Shown piece by piece: positions 1 through 8,056 of a DNA stretch of 35,052 nucleotides (position 1 is the first letter of the stretch; the number at the start of each line of letters is the position of its first letter). The notes beneath the pieces are model-generated. The model had not been told where the DNA came from, ran no database searches, and saw nothing but the letters and a program-made list of their open reading frames with translations. Made by a program: the position numbers and the translations under genes. Location of the stretch: NCBI GenBank assembly GCA_040880145.1, contig JBBDIZ010000012.1, forward strand, positions 1 through 35,052. Reading direction: 5' to 3'. This DNA comes from Simkaniaceae bacterium. Lineage in GTDB: Bacteria > Chlamydiota > Chlamydiia > Chlamydiales > JAJFMI01.

Positions 1-10
1 CAAACTTTTC

Positions 11-36
11 GGGCAAGGGCACGGGCAAGGGCACGG
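11..36 (+). repeat. Tandem hexamer repeat (GGGCAA-GGGCAC)x2 + GG; canonical G3-N3-G3-N3-G3-N3-G3 motif
   Basis: Read directly: gggcaa gggcac gggcaa gggcac gg at 11-36, with G-tracts at 11-13, 17-19, 23-25 and 29-31. Confidence 0.85.
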
Positions 37-73
37 AATTGGGGTTATGCAAGATGTCTAATACACCAATGGT

Positions 74-102
74 TTGAATTTATTGATCCGGTATGGTAGC
101 AT
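74..102 (+). promoter_or_regulatory. Putative sigma66/sigma70 promoter of valS
   Basis: TTGAAT (74-79), 17-nt spacer, TAGCAT (97-102) with extended TG; ATG 9 nt downstream and no SD. Confidence 0.5.
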
Positions 103-111
103 ACTGATGCT

Positions 112-2868
112 ATGGGTGATTTAAACAAACCTTATGATCCAAAACCTGTCGAAGAGTTTTGGAGCGGCTTTTGGGAAGAGCGCTCCTATTTTCAAGCAGA
201 TGCCCATTCTGAAAAAGAACCTTTTTGTCTCGTTTTACCCCCTCCTAATGTTACGGGCGTCCTTCATATGGGGCATGCTCTTGTCGATACCCTTCAAGAT
301 ATTGTAGCCCGCTATCGACGGATGCAGGGAAAAGAGGTTTTGTGGGTGCCGGGATGTGATCATGCAGGTATTGCCACCCAAACAGTTGTTGAGCGCCATC
401 TCATCAAAACATTGGGGAAGCGTCGGGTCGATATGGATCGCGATGAATTTCTCACTCACGTCTATGCCTGGAAAGAGAAAAGCGAAAAAGAGATCTTATC
501 CCAAATTCGAAAGGTAGGATGCTCCCTTGACTTTTCTCGCTACCGATTCACGATGGATGAAGCCTCATCCCACGCTGTTAAGGTGTGCTTTAAAAAGCTA
601 TATGACGAAGGGCTCATCTACCGCGGCGATTATCTCGTCAATTGGGATCCGGTTACTATGACCGCGCTTGCCGATGATGAAGTGGAGTATGAAGAACAAG
701 AGAGCTCTCTTTGGTACATCAATTATCCTCTTGAAAAGGGCGAAGGCTCGATTCAAATTGCGACAACCCGGCCTGAGACTCTTCTTGGCGATGTCGCCGT
801 TGCGGTCAATCCAAAAGATGAGCGCTACAAAGCCCTTATCGGTCAAAACTTAATCCTTCCTCTTCAAAACCGTAAAATCCCCATCATTGGAGATTCTTAT
901 GTCGATAAAGAGTTTGGAACAGGGGCTGTCAAAATCACTCCTGCGCACGATCCCAATGATCACGCCATGGGGTTTCGCCATAGCCTTCCCCTTATCAATA
1001 TTTTAACTCCTGACGGTAAAATCAACCATGAAGGAGGCTCTTTTGAAGGTCTCGATATCAATCAAGCTCGAATTGCCATTGTTGAAGCCTTAAAAGAGAA
1101 TCATTTTCTTGCTAAAATTGAACCTTATACTCACAGAGTCGGGGTAAGTTATCGCTCAAAGGCGGCCATTCAACCCTATCTTTCTAAGCAATGGTTCATC
1201 AAAATGGACTCTTTTAAGAAGAAATTAAAACAGGCCGTCTCTGAAAAAAAAGTCAAGCTCATCCCCGATTGGGACAAAACCTATTTCCATTGGATCGATC
1301 ATTTGCGCGATTGGTGCATCTCAAGGCAGCTCTTTTGGGGCCATCAGATACCTGTCTATTACAATAAAAAAGATCCTTCGATGGAGGTCTGTTCTCTAGA
1401 CCCCCTTCCATCAGATGAATGGGAACAGGATCCCGACGTTCTCGACACCTGGTTTTCCTCGGCCCTTTGGCCCTTTAGCACCCTCGGCTGGCCGGAAAAA
1501 AGTGCTGATTTAAAAAAATTCTATCCCAATGCTACCTTGATTACAGGTCATGATATCCTCTTTTTTTGGGTTGCCCGCATGATCATGATGGGTGAATACA
1601 TAATGGGTGAAGTTCCCTTCAAAGAAACCTTCATCCATGGTCTGATTTTTGGAAAATCCTACTGGCGTGAAGAAAAAGACGGAAGTATTACTTATGTTTC
1701 AAGTGAAGAGAAAAAACGCTACGACCTAGGAGAAAAACTTCCAAAAGGGGTCTTGTCTAAGTGGGAAAAAATGTCAAAATCTAAAGGGAATGTAATCGAT
1801 CCCCTTGAGATCATTAACACCTACGGGGCAGATGCCATGCGAATGGCACTCAGCTCCAGCGTTACCCACGCGCGCCAAATCGACCTCGATCGTAGAAAAT
1901 TTGAAGAGTATAAAAATTTTGCCAATAAAATCTGGAATGGCTCGCGTTTTGTATTCACCCACATTGAGGACTTATCCGACTCAACGCCTCTAGACTTTAA
2001 CAACCTCCAACTAGAAGATCATTGGATTCTATCCCGCCTTAATTATGCTATCGATTCGATGAACCGCTTTATATGCGCTTATGAGTTTGATAAAGCAGCC
2101 TCTTTGATCTATGCATTTTTTTGGGATGAATTTTGCGCCTACTATTTAGAAATCGTCAAGCCCACCCTCTTTGGCAAGGAAGGGGAGCCAAACTCTCGTA
2201 TCATCAAACAGAAAATTCTAACCCTCGTCCTCACCCACTTTCTCTTACTCTCCCACCCCATCGCTCCTTTCATTACAGAAGAGCTGTTTCAAAAGTTAAA
2301 GAAACTTTCTCCTCAGTTTGATCCCTATTTAACCTCTGTCTTTAACACCGAGTCCCTTACACTCGCGCCCTTCCCTAATAGGCCTTACCCCTCTAATGAG
2401 AGTTGTGAAGAAGCCTTCAGCTACATCAACGAAATCGTCTATACTATCCGAAACATTCGGGCAGAGATGGCACTCCCTCCTCAAGCGAAGAGCTCTCTTT
2501 ACTTTATTGGAGAAAATTTAGATCGAATTGAAACCAATCAACATATCATCAAAGCCCTCATTCGAACCGATGCTCTTTACTTTGGAGCCCGCCCAAAAGA
2601 GCAAGGACTCCATTCCACACAATTCATCCGCGGGATCGAAATCACCATCCCAATGCCCGATGAATTTATCGAAAAAGAACTCAAAAGGCTTGAAAAGGAA
2701 AAGTTACGCTTAGAAAAACAGCTGGAGTCTCTAAAAAATCAACTGGCAAACGAAAATTTCATCAAAAGAGCTCCTGAAGAACTCATAACAAAATGTAATA
2801 AAAATCTAGAAGAGGCCAAAAAAAGCCTCCAGTCTATTAATAAACAGTTAGACAAAAAACACAACTAG
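112..2868 (+). CDS. valS: Valyl-tRNA synthetase
   Basis: PPPNVTGVLHMGH (HIGH), DHAGIATQ, ATTRPET, GTGAVKITPAHDPND, DWCISRQ, DVLDTWFSS, KMSKS; C-terminal coiled coil. Confidence 0.98.
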   Translation: MGDLNKPYDPKPVEEFWSGFWEERSYFQADAHSEKEPFCLVLPPPNVTGVLHMGHALVDTLQDIVARYRRMQGKEVLWVPGCDHAGIATQTVVERHLIKTLGKRRVDMDRDEFLTHVYAWKEKSEKEILSQIRKVGCSLDFSRYRFTMDEASSHAVKVCFKKLYDEGLIYRGDYLVNWDPVTMTALADDEVEYEEQESSLWYINYPLEKGEGSIQIATTRPETLLGDVAVAVNPKDERYKALIGQNLILPLQNRKIPIIGDSYVDKEFGTGAVKITPAHDPNDHAMGFRHSLPLINILTPDGKINHEGGSFEGLDINQARIAIVEALKENHFLAKIEPYTHRVGVSYRSKAAIQPYLSKQWFIKMDSFKKKLKQAVSEKKVKLIPDWDKTYFHWIDHLRDWCISRQLFWGHQIPVYYNKKDPSMEVCSLDPLPSDEWEQDPDVLDTWFSSALWPFSTLGWPEKSADLKKFYPNATLITGHDILFFWVARMIMMGEYIMGEVPFKETFIHGLIFGKSYWREEKDGSITYVSSEEKKRYDLGEKLPKGVLSKWEKMSKSKGNVIDPLEIINTYGADAMRMALSSSVTHARQIDLDRRKFEEYKNFANKIWNGSRFVFTHIEDLSDSTPLDFNNLQLEDHWILSRLNYAIDSMNRFICAYEFDKAASLIYAFFWDEFCAYYLEIVKPTLFGKEGEPNSRIIKQKILTLVLTHFLLLSHPIAPFITEELFQKLKKLSPQFDPYLTSVFNTESLTLAPFPNRPYPSNESCEEAFSYINEIVYTIRNIRAEMALPPQAKSSLYFIGENLDRIETNQHIIKALIRTDALYFGARPKEQGLHSTQFIRGIEITIPMPDEFIEKELKRLEKEKLRLEKQLESLKNQLANENFIKRAPEELITKCNKNLEEAKKSLQSINKQLDKKHN

Positions 2869-4235
2869 GCTCTTTCTTTTTCTACTCTAAGGATGTGGTC
2901 AAAGGTTTTCGTCTCAGCTGCAATTACAGATCCGAGCATGAAAAGGCCGATGAGGTTGGGAAAAGCCATCAATCCATTTAGTATATTTGCCATGCCCCAA
3001 ATCATTTCCAAGCCTAGTATGGCTCCTGGGAACACCAGCAATGTATAGATCAATCTATAGGGCTTGACTGCCTTGATTCCAAAGAGATATTCAACGCACT
3101 TTTCGCCGTAATATGCCCAAGCCAGGATTGTAGAATAGGCAAAGGGAACAATGGCAATGGTCACGATTAGGCCGCCGTGCGGAATAATCGCATCGAATGA
3201 TTTTAGCGCTAGTGCTGCGCCATCTAACACTTGATTGTCAGCGCCTCTTTGTCCAAGCATGCCGCTTAAGACGATGGCAAGCCCTGTAATGGTACAGACG
3301 ATAACTGTTGTAATAAAGACGCTCGACATGGACACAAGCGCTTGTCTTCCGGGTGTATCGGTTTTTGCAGCGGCGGCGGCGATCGGAGAGGTTCCAAGGC
3401 CGGATTCGCTAGAGAAGACTCCCCTCGATATCCCATATTGGATCGCTAGCATGACGCTTGACCCTAAAAATCCTCCGGATGCTGCTTGTTTTGTAAAGGC
3501 GCTTTTGAAGATGAGGGCAAAAGCTGCCGGTACGGCATCGATCCGCATGATGATGACGATAAGTCCGCCCAGGATGTAGAAACCTGCCATTGCGGGCACC
3601 AAAATCCCTGCAACCTTTCCAATGCTTTTAATGCCTCCAAAAAGGGCGATTCCTGTTGCAAGCATGAGGGAAATACCCACGATCCATGGCTGAATATCGA
3701 TGGTTTCATGAAGGGCTAGGGCGACCGAGTTTGCTTGCACCATATTGCCGGTTCCAATGGCTGCTAACATGCCAAAAATAGAGAACAGGACTGCAAGCCA
3801 TTTCGCTTTGGCCCCGCGCGACAAGTACTCCATAGGGCCGCCGCACATCTCGCCTTCTTCATCGACAATACGATATTTAATGGCCATCAAACCTTCTGCA
3901 AATTTTGTTGCCATTCCAATGAATCCGGCTACCCACATCCAAAAAAGCGCCCCATAGCCGCCCGTTGCGATCGCTGTTGCTACACCTGCGATACTTCCAA
4001 TTCCAATCGTTGCAGCTAGAGCGGTCATCAGCGCCTGAAAGTGGCTGATATCTCCTTCTGCATCGTCATCATGCCGGGTAAAGATAAGTTTATGGGCGTA
4101 ATAGAGGTGCCGAAACTGTACGCCTCGCGTTTTGATTGTCAGGTAAAGACCTGACGAAATAAGTAAAATGAGCAGCGGAGGTCCCCACACCCAGGAATTT
4201 ACCGTCTCAATAATTGTAAGTAGTTTTGACGCCAT
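2865..4235 (-). CDS. Alanine/glycine:cation (Na+) symporter, AgcS/AlsT family
   Basis: ISHFQALMTALAATIGIGSIAGVATAI, GALFWMW, GMATKFAE, GGPM, GNMVQAN, RGVFSSESGLGTSPIAAAAA, STILAWAYYGE; many TM helices. ATG 4235 preferred over TTG 4247. Confidence 0.93.
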   Translation of the reverse strand: MASKLLTIIETVNSWVWGPPLLILLISSGLYLTIKTRGVQFRHLYYAHKLIFTRHDDDAEGDISHFQALMTALAATIGIGSIAGVATAIATGGYGALFWMWVAGFIGMATKFAEGLMAIKYRIVDEEGEMCGGPMEYLSRGAKAKWLAVLFSIFGMLAAIGTGNMVQANSVALALHETIDIQPWIVGISLMLATGIALFGGIKSIGKVAGILVPAMAGFYILGGLIVIIMRIDAVPAAFALIFKSAFTKQAASGGFLGSSVMLAIQYGISRGVFSSESGLGTSPIAAAAAKTDTPGRQALVSMSSVFITTVIVCTITGLAIVLSGMLGQRGADNQVLDGAALALKSFDAIIPHGGLIVTIAIVPFAYSTILAWAYYGEKCVEYLFGIKAVKPYRLIYTLLVFPGAILGLEMIWGMANILNGLMAFPNLIGLFMLGSVIAAETKTFDHILRVEKERA

Positions 4236-4319
4236 GTGATGAACCAAAACTTAGCAGAATTTGAATTTCCACGCTATTATTAGTTGTCATCAACTCAAGA
4301 AAATGATATCAAAATTCTT

Positions 4320-5306
4320 ATGATCTCACCGGATTTATTAAAAAAAAAATGCCCTTTAAGCCATGAAGAAGCGCTCTTTCTAAAAGCTTCAAGAGATACT
4401 GCATCCGAGATCTTGAATCGAAAGCTTTCAAAAAAAGCACTCATCATCGGTCCTTGTTCCATTCATCATTTCGACTCTGCTTTAAAGTTTGCTGAAAAAT
4501 GTTCCATGCTTGCTGAATCTGTTAAGGAGCATTTTTTTCTTCTGATGCGCGTTTACATTGAAAAGCCTCGCACTCAGCTCGGATGGAAGGGTTTTGCTTA
4601 TGATCCGGACTTAGATGGATCGAATGATATCGAAAAGGGAATTGCTCTTTCAAGATCTCTTATGAAGGAGATCACTAAGCTTTCTGTTCCAATTGCCACT
4701 GAACTTTTAGAGCCTAATTTCCTTCCCTATTTTGAAGACTTCATCACATGGGGCTTCATCGGTTCGAGGACATCGAGTTCACAAATTCACCGCCAGCTTG
4801 CGTCAAAAGCTCCTTTTTCTGTTGGATTTAAAAATATTACAGATGGCGCTCTTTCCCCTGCCATAAATGGAATCATTTCCGCGCGCTCCCCCCACTCTTT
4901 TACTGGAATTGACGGCAGTGGAAAATTATCACGACTTTACTCGAAGGGGAACCCAAATACCCACTTAGTTTTAAGAGGATCGGAGCATTACTCTAATATC
5001 GATCAAAAAACGCTTGATTTAGCAGAGAGTCTCCTTCCGAACTGCCCCCTTATGATCGATTGCTCTCACGGAAATAGTCAAAAAAATTTTAGACTACAGC
5101 CTGATAATTTTCTAAAAGCCCTCGAGCTCAACTCTCCCCGGATCATCGGTTATATGATGGAAAGTTTTATTAATGAGGGGAAACAGGACATTCATTCGCC
5201 TTTTCTCGATCCCAATACTTCAGTAACCGATGGATGCATGGGGTGGGAGGTCACAGAGAAGATGGTTCGATCAGCTGCACATAGAGAGCTTGCGTCCACT
5301 CTTTGA
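4320..5306 (+). CDS. aroG: DAHP synthase (3-deoxy-7-phosphoheptulonate synthase), class I-alpha AroF/G/H type
   Basis: IIGPCSIH, RVYIEKPRT..GWKG, IGSRT..SQIHRQLAS, VGFKN, HLVLRG, MIDCSHGNS, MMES, SVTDGCMGW. Start is ambiguous (TTG 4284 or ATG 4320); the paralogue name is not resolvable. Confidence 0.9.
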   Translation: MISPDLLKKKCPLSHEEALFLKASRDTASEILNRKLSKKALIIGPCSIHHFDSALKFAEKCSMLAESVKEHFFLLMRVYIEKPRTQLGWKGFAYDPDLDGSNDIEKGIALSRSLMKEITKLSVPIATELLEPNFLPYFEDFITWGFIGSRTSSSQIHRQLASKAPFSVGFKNITDGALSPAINGIISARSPHSFTGIDGSGKLSRLYSKGNPNTHLVLRGSEHYSNIDQKTLDLAESLLPNCPLMIDCSHGNSQKNFRLQPDNFLKALELNSPRIIGYMMESFINEGKQDIHSPFLDPNTSVTDGCMGWEVTEKMVRSAAHRELASTL

Positions 5307-5679
5307 TCAGATCTCCTTGAAAATTTCGAACGGTAGCTTGATAGGAAAGCAGCCCTTTTTTCAATAAGAATTCGTCACCTAAAAGCTCATAAGTGGCGCT
5401 TCCGTTATGTTTTTCAATTGGGTAGTGGAAATAGGCTTCACTGTTGTTGCGATAGATTACGTGAAGGGTTAAAATAAGGCCCTTTTTGACAGAAGATAAG
5501 GGAAGTCTCCACTCGATAAGAAGCCTTTGTCCAAGTGGAGGTCTTGTTTGCAAAGGGTCTGGAGAATTGACGTAGGAGCTCGCTAGAGAGAAGCGATCCA
5601 CTCGTTCTCTTTTGACGTTTAAATAGCGTTTATCACAGCTAAAAAGAATGAGGGATAAACCCAAAAAAAACCACTTCAT
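5251..5679 (-). CDS. Chlamydial conserved hypothetical lipoprotein (CT303-like by position)
   Basis: From ATG 5679: MKWFFLGLSLILFSC, a signal peptide with lipobox-like Cys; lies between valS and atpK as I recall for CT303. Confidence 0.7.
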   Translation of the reverse strand: MKWFFLGLSLILFSCDKRYLNVKRERVDRFSLASSYVNSPDPLQTRPPLGQRLLIEWRLPLSSVKKGLILTLHVIYRNNSEAYFHYPIEKHNGSATYELLGDEFLLKKGLLSYQATVRNFQGDLIKEWTQALYVQLIEPSSL

Positions 5680-5686
5680 TGAGCAG

Positions 5687-5695
5687 AGTGTATCA
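5687..5695 (-). promoter_or_regulatory. Extended -10 promoter element (TGA-TACACT) 7 nt upstream of the lipoprotein ATG
   Basis: Minus strand reads ...CATGATACACTCTGCTCAATG; no SD. Confidence 0.5.
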
Positions 5696-6204
5696 TGAAA
5701 AATCGGGAAAGAGAAGCAGCAATTGGAATCTGCTTTAACAAAAGTAGGGATCAAGTCCTCCTCGTTAAAAGGCGGGATATTCCGGTTTGGGTCCCGCCGG
5801 GCGGCGGAATCGATAAAGATGAGGCGCCGGAAAAGGCTGTTTTAAGAGAGATTTTGGAAGAGACGGGGTTTGTTGCCAAAATTATCCGAAAAGTAGGAGA
5901 ATATAGACCAAAAAATCGCCTTTCAAGGCCGACTCACCTCTTTGAGTGTGAAATCATTTCCGGAGCTGAAAGACTCAATGAAGAATCTTCAGCGATTGGC
6001 TTTCACTCTCTTAAAAATCTGCCTCTTCCCTTAGCTCCTCCTCATTTAGAATGGATTGAGGAGGCTTTTCAAAATCAAAGCGAGCTTATTTTGCGCGATA
6101 TCACATCTGTTAGCTATTTTACGCTGCTTCGAGCTCTGGTCCTGCACCCCTTGATTACTATCAAGTTTCTACTCACGCGTCTTGGGATCCATATCAACAG
6201 GTAG
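5695..6204 (+). CDS. NUDIX hydrolase
   Basis: Nudix box GGIDKDEAPEKAVLREILEETG (GX5EX7REUXEEXG), preceded by VLLVKR..WVPPGG; hydrophobic C-terminal tail. Confidence 0.9.
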   Translation: MKNREREAAIGICFNKSRDQVLLVKRRDIPVWVPPGGGIDKDEAPEKAVLREILEETGFVAKIIRKVGEYRPKNRLSRPTHLFECEIISGAERLNEESSAIGFHSLKNLPLPLAPPHLEWIEEAFQNQSELILRDITSVSYFTLLRALVLHPLITIKFLLTRLGIHINR

Positions 6205-6205
6205 T

Positions 6206-7588
6206 TTATACCATTTTTTTAGGATCGACAATCTCATCAAACTCTTCTTCTGTCATTAAGTTCAAATTTAGGACGGTTTCTTTTAAGGAAGTATTTTCAT
6301 CGAATGCTTTTTTGGCCACATTTGCCGCTTCATCATAACCAATTTTAGTGTTTAGTGCTGTCACCAGCATAAGCGAATTTTGAAGATCTTTTTCGATTTT
6401 CGTTTGATTGGCTTGGATTCCGGCTAAGCATTTATTGTAAAAATTAGCGCAGCTATCGCCTAAAAGGTTCATCGATTCGATGAGATTATAAATAATCATA
6501 GGGCTAAAGACATTGAGTTCAAATTGTCCACTCATTGCGCCAATTGTAATGGCTGCATCTGATCCAATCACATGAGCTGCTACCATGGTCATCGATTCAC
6601 ATTGGGTTGGATTGACTTTTCCGGGCATAATGGAAGAGCCCGGCTCATTAGAGGGCAGGATAAGCTCATTGAGGCCGGACCGGGGCCCTGAGCCCATCAA
6701 GCGGATATCATTGGCAATTTTCATTAGCGAGCAGGCGATCAGCTTCAGCGCCGAACTGAGCTCTACCATAGCATCAGATGCACTTAGTGCTTCAAATTTG
6801 TTGGGAGCAGATATAAAATCGATACCGGTGATCTCGCTAATTAGGGCAGCTGTTTTTTCAGCGAAGCCTTCCGGGCAATTAAGGCCGGTTCCAACCGCTG
6901 TTCCGCCAAGAGCAAGCTCTTTTAAATGAATAGATGCATTTTCAAGCGCTTCTAAGCCATGGTCGATCATGGAAACGTAACCTGAAAACTCTTGACCGAG
7001 AGTGATCGGAGTAGCATCCATAAGGTGAGTGCGTCCGACTTTCACAATGTTTTGAAACTGGTCTACTTTTTCTTTGAGGCCATCTCGAAAAATCTTCAGT
7101 TTTATGATGAGGTGATTTCGTAAAGTCAAAGAGGCTGCGATATGCATCGCAGTTGGAAACGTATCATTTGAAGACTGGCTTTTATTAACATCATCATTGG
7201 GATGGATGGGCTCTTTACTTCCGAGTTTTTTTCCCATTTTTTGAGCTGCATAGTTACTAATGACCTCATTGACATTCATATTGGTCTGAGTACCCGAGCC
7301 TGTTTGCCAGACAACGAGAGGAAAATGATCGTCTAAAGTCCCTTCCCTAATCGCTTCAGCAGCTTCAACAATCCTATCCCGCTTTTCATTTGAAAGAACC
7401 TGAAGCTCCGCATTCACGATTGCAGCGGCCTTTTTGATAATTCCGAAGGCATGGATTACCTCGATTGGCATCCGATGACCCCCGACTTTAAAATTTTCTA
7501 AAGAGCGCTGAGTTTGAGCCCCCCAAAGACGGTCTTCGGGAACGCTCACCTGACCCATTGAATCGATCTCAATTCGCTTTTTAGACAT
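6206..7588 (-). CDS. fumC: Fumarate hydratase class II
   Basis: [78 protein letters not shown]. Confidence 0.97.
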   Translation of the reverse strand: MSKKRIEIDSMGQVSVPEDRLWGAQTQRSLENFKVGGHRMPIEVIHAFGIIKKAAAIVNAELQVLSNEKRDRIVEAAEAIREGTLDDHFPLVVWQTGSGTQTNMNVNEVISNYAAQKMGKKLGSKEPIHPNDDVNKSQSSNDTFPTAMHIAASLTLRNHLIIKLKIFRDGLKEKVDQFQNIVKVGRTHLMDATPITLGQEFSGYVSMIDHGLEALENASIHLKELALGGTAVGTGLNCPEGFAEKTAALISEITGIDFISAPNKFEALSASDAMVELSSALKLIACSLMKIANDIRLMGSGPRSGLNELILPSNEPGSSIMPGKVNPTQCESMTMVAAHVIGSDAAITIGAMSGQFELNVFSPMIIYNLIESMNLLGDSCANFYNKCLAGIQANQTKIEKDLQNSLMLVTALNTKIGYDEAANVAKKAFDENTSLKETVLNLNLMTEEEFDEIVDPKKMV

Positions 7589-7590
7589 TG

Positions 7591-7627
7591 AAAGCCTCCA
7601 AGATTTTAAAATAACTTTGGAGGCTTT
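7591..7627 (-). promoter_or_regulatory. 11-bp perfect hairpin between atpK and fumC that includes the fumC SD (weak terminator or translational control)
   Basis: Minus strand: AAAGCCTCCAA, 15-nt loop, TTGGAGGCTTT, then CA-ATG. Confidence 0.65.
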
Positions 7628-7633
7628 ATTCGT

Positions 7634-8056
7634 CTAGAGTAAAAGCAGGGCAAAAACGAACGCAAATAGCGAAAACGATTCTACAATACCAAGAGCTGCA
7701 AAGCACTTGCCAAATATAGCAGGATTTTTGGCAGTAGCCTGGATCCCAGTCGCAGCACATTTGCCCTGGTAGATGGCAGAAACCATAATCGCAAGGCCTA
7801 CAGAAAGGCCAATTCCAATCCCTGAGAGAGCTGAAATGCTATTTGATTTGATAGCATCTGCCATAAGCAGCATTAAGACAAATGAGTAGATAGCTTGTGA
7901 TGAAGGCATTGCTGACATTCCGATGAATTTTCCATGTCCCTCTTCCACTCGACTCATAACACCATGAGAGGCCATGCCTCCAATTGCACAACCGATTGCA
8001 CTTCCAAGACAACCCAGACCCAAAACAATGGCAGGGCCGATCATATCGAAATTCAT
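7634..8056 (-). CDS. atpK: V/A-type ATPase subunit K (c-ring proteolipid, two hairpins)
   Basis: Four TM helices; MPSSQAIY, SAIYQG, GIVESF; last gene of the operon. Confidence 0.93.
   Translation of the reverse strand: MNFDMIGPAIVLGLGCLGSAIGCAIGGMASHGVMSRVEEGHGKFIGMSAMPSSQAIYSFVLMLLMADAIKSNSISALSGIGIGLSVGLAIMVSAIYQGKCAATGIQATAKNPAIFGKCFAALGIVESFSLFAFVFALLLL

Noticed and set aside
5680..5754. Longer start for the lipoprotein ORF (5754)
   Set aside because: It would overlap the NUDIX gene head-to-head and bury the signal peptide; ATG 5679 fits the lipobox.
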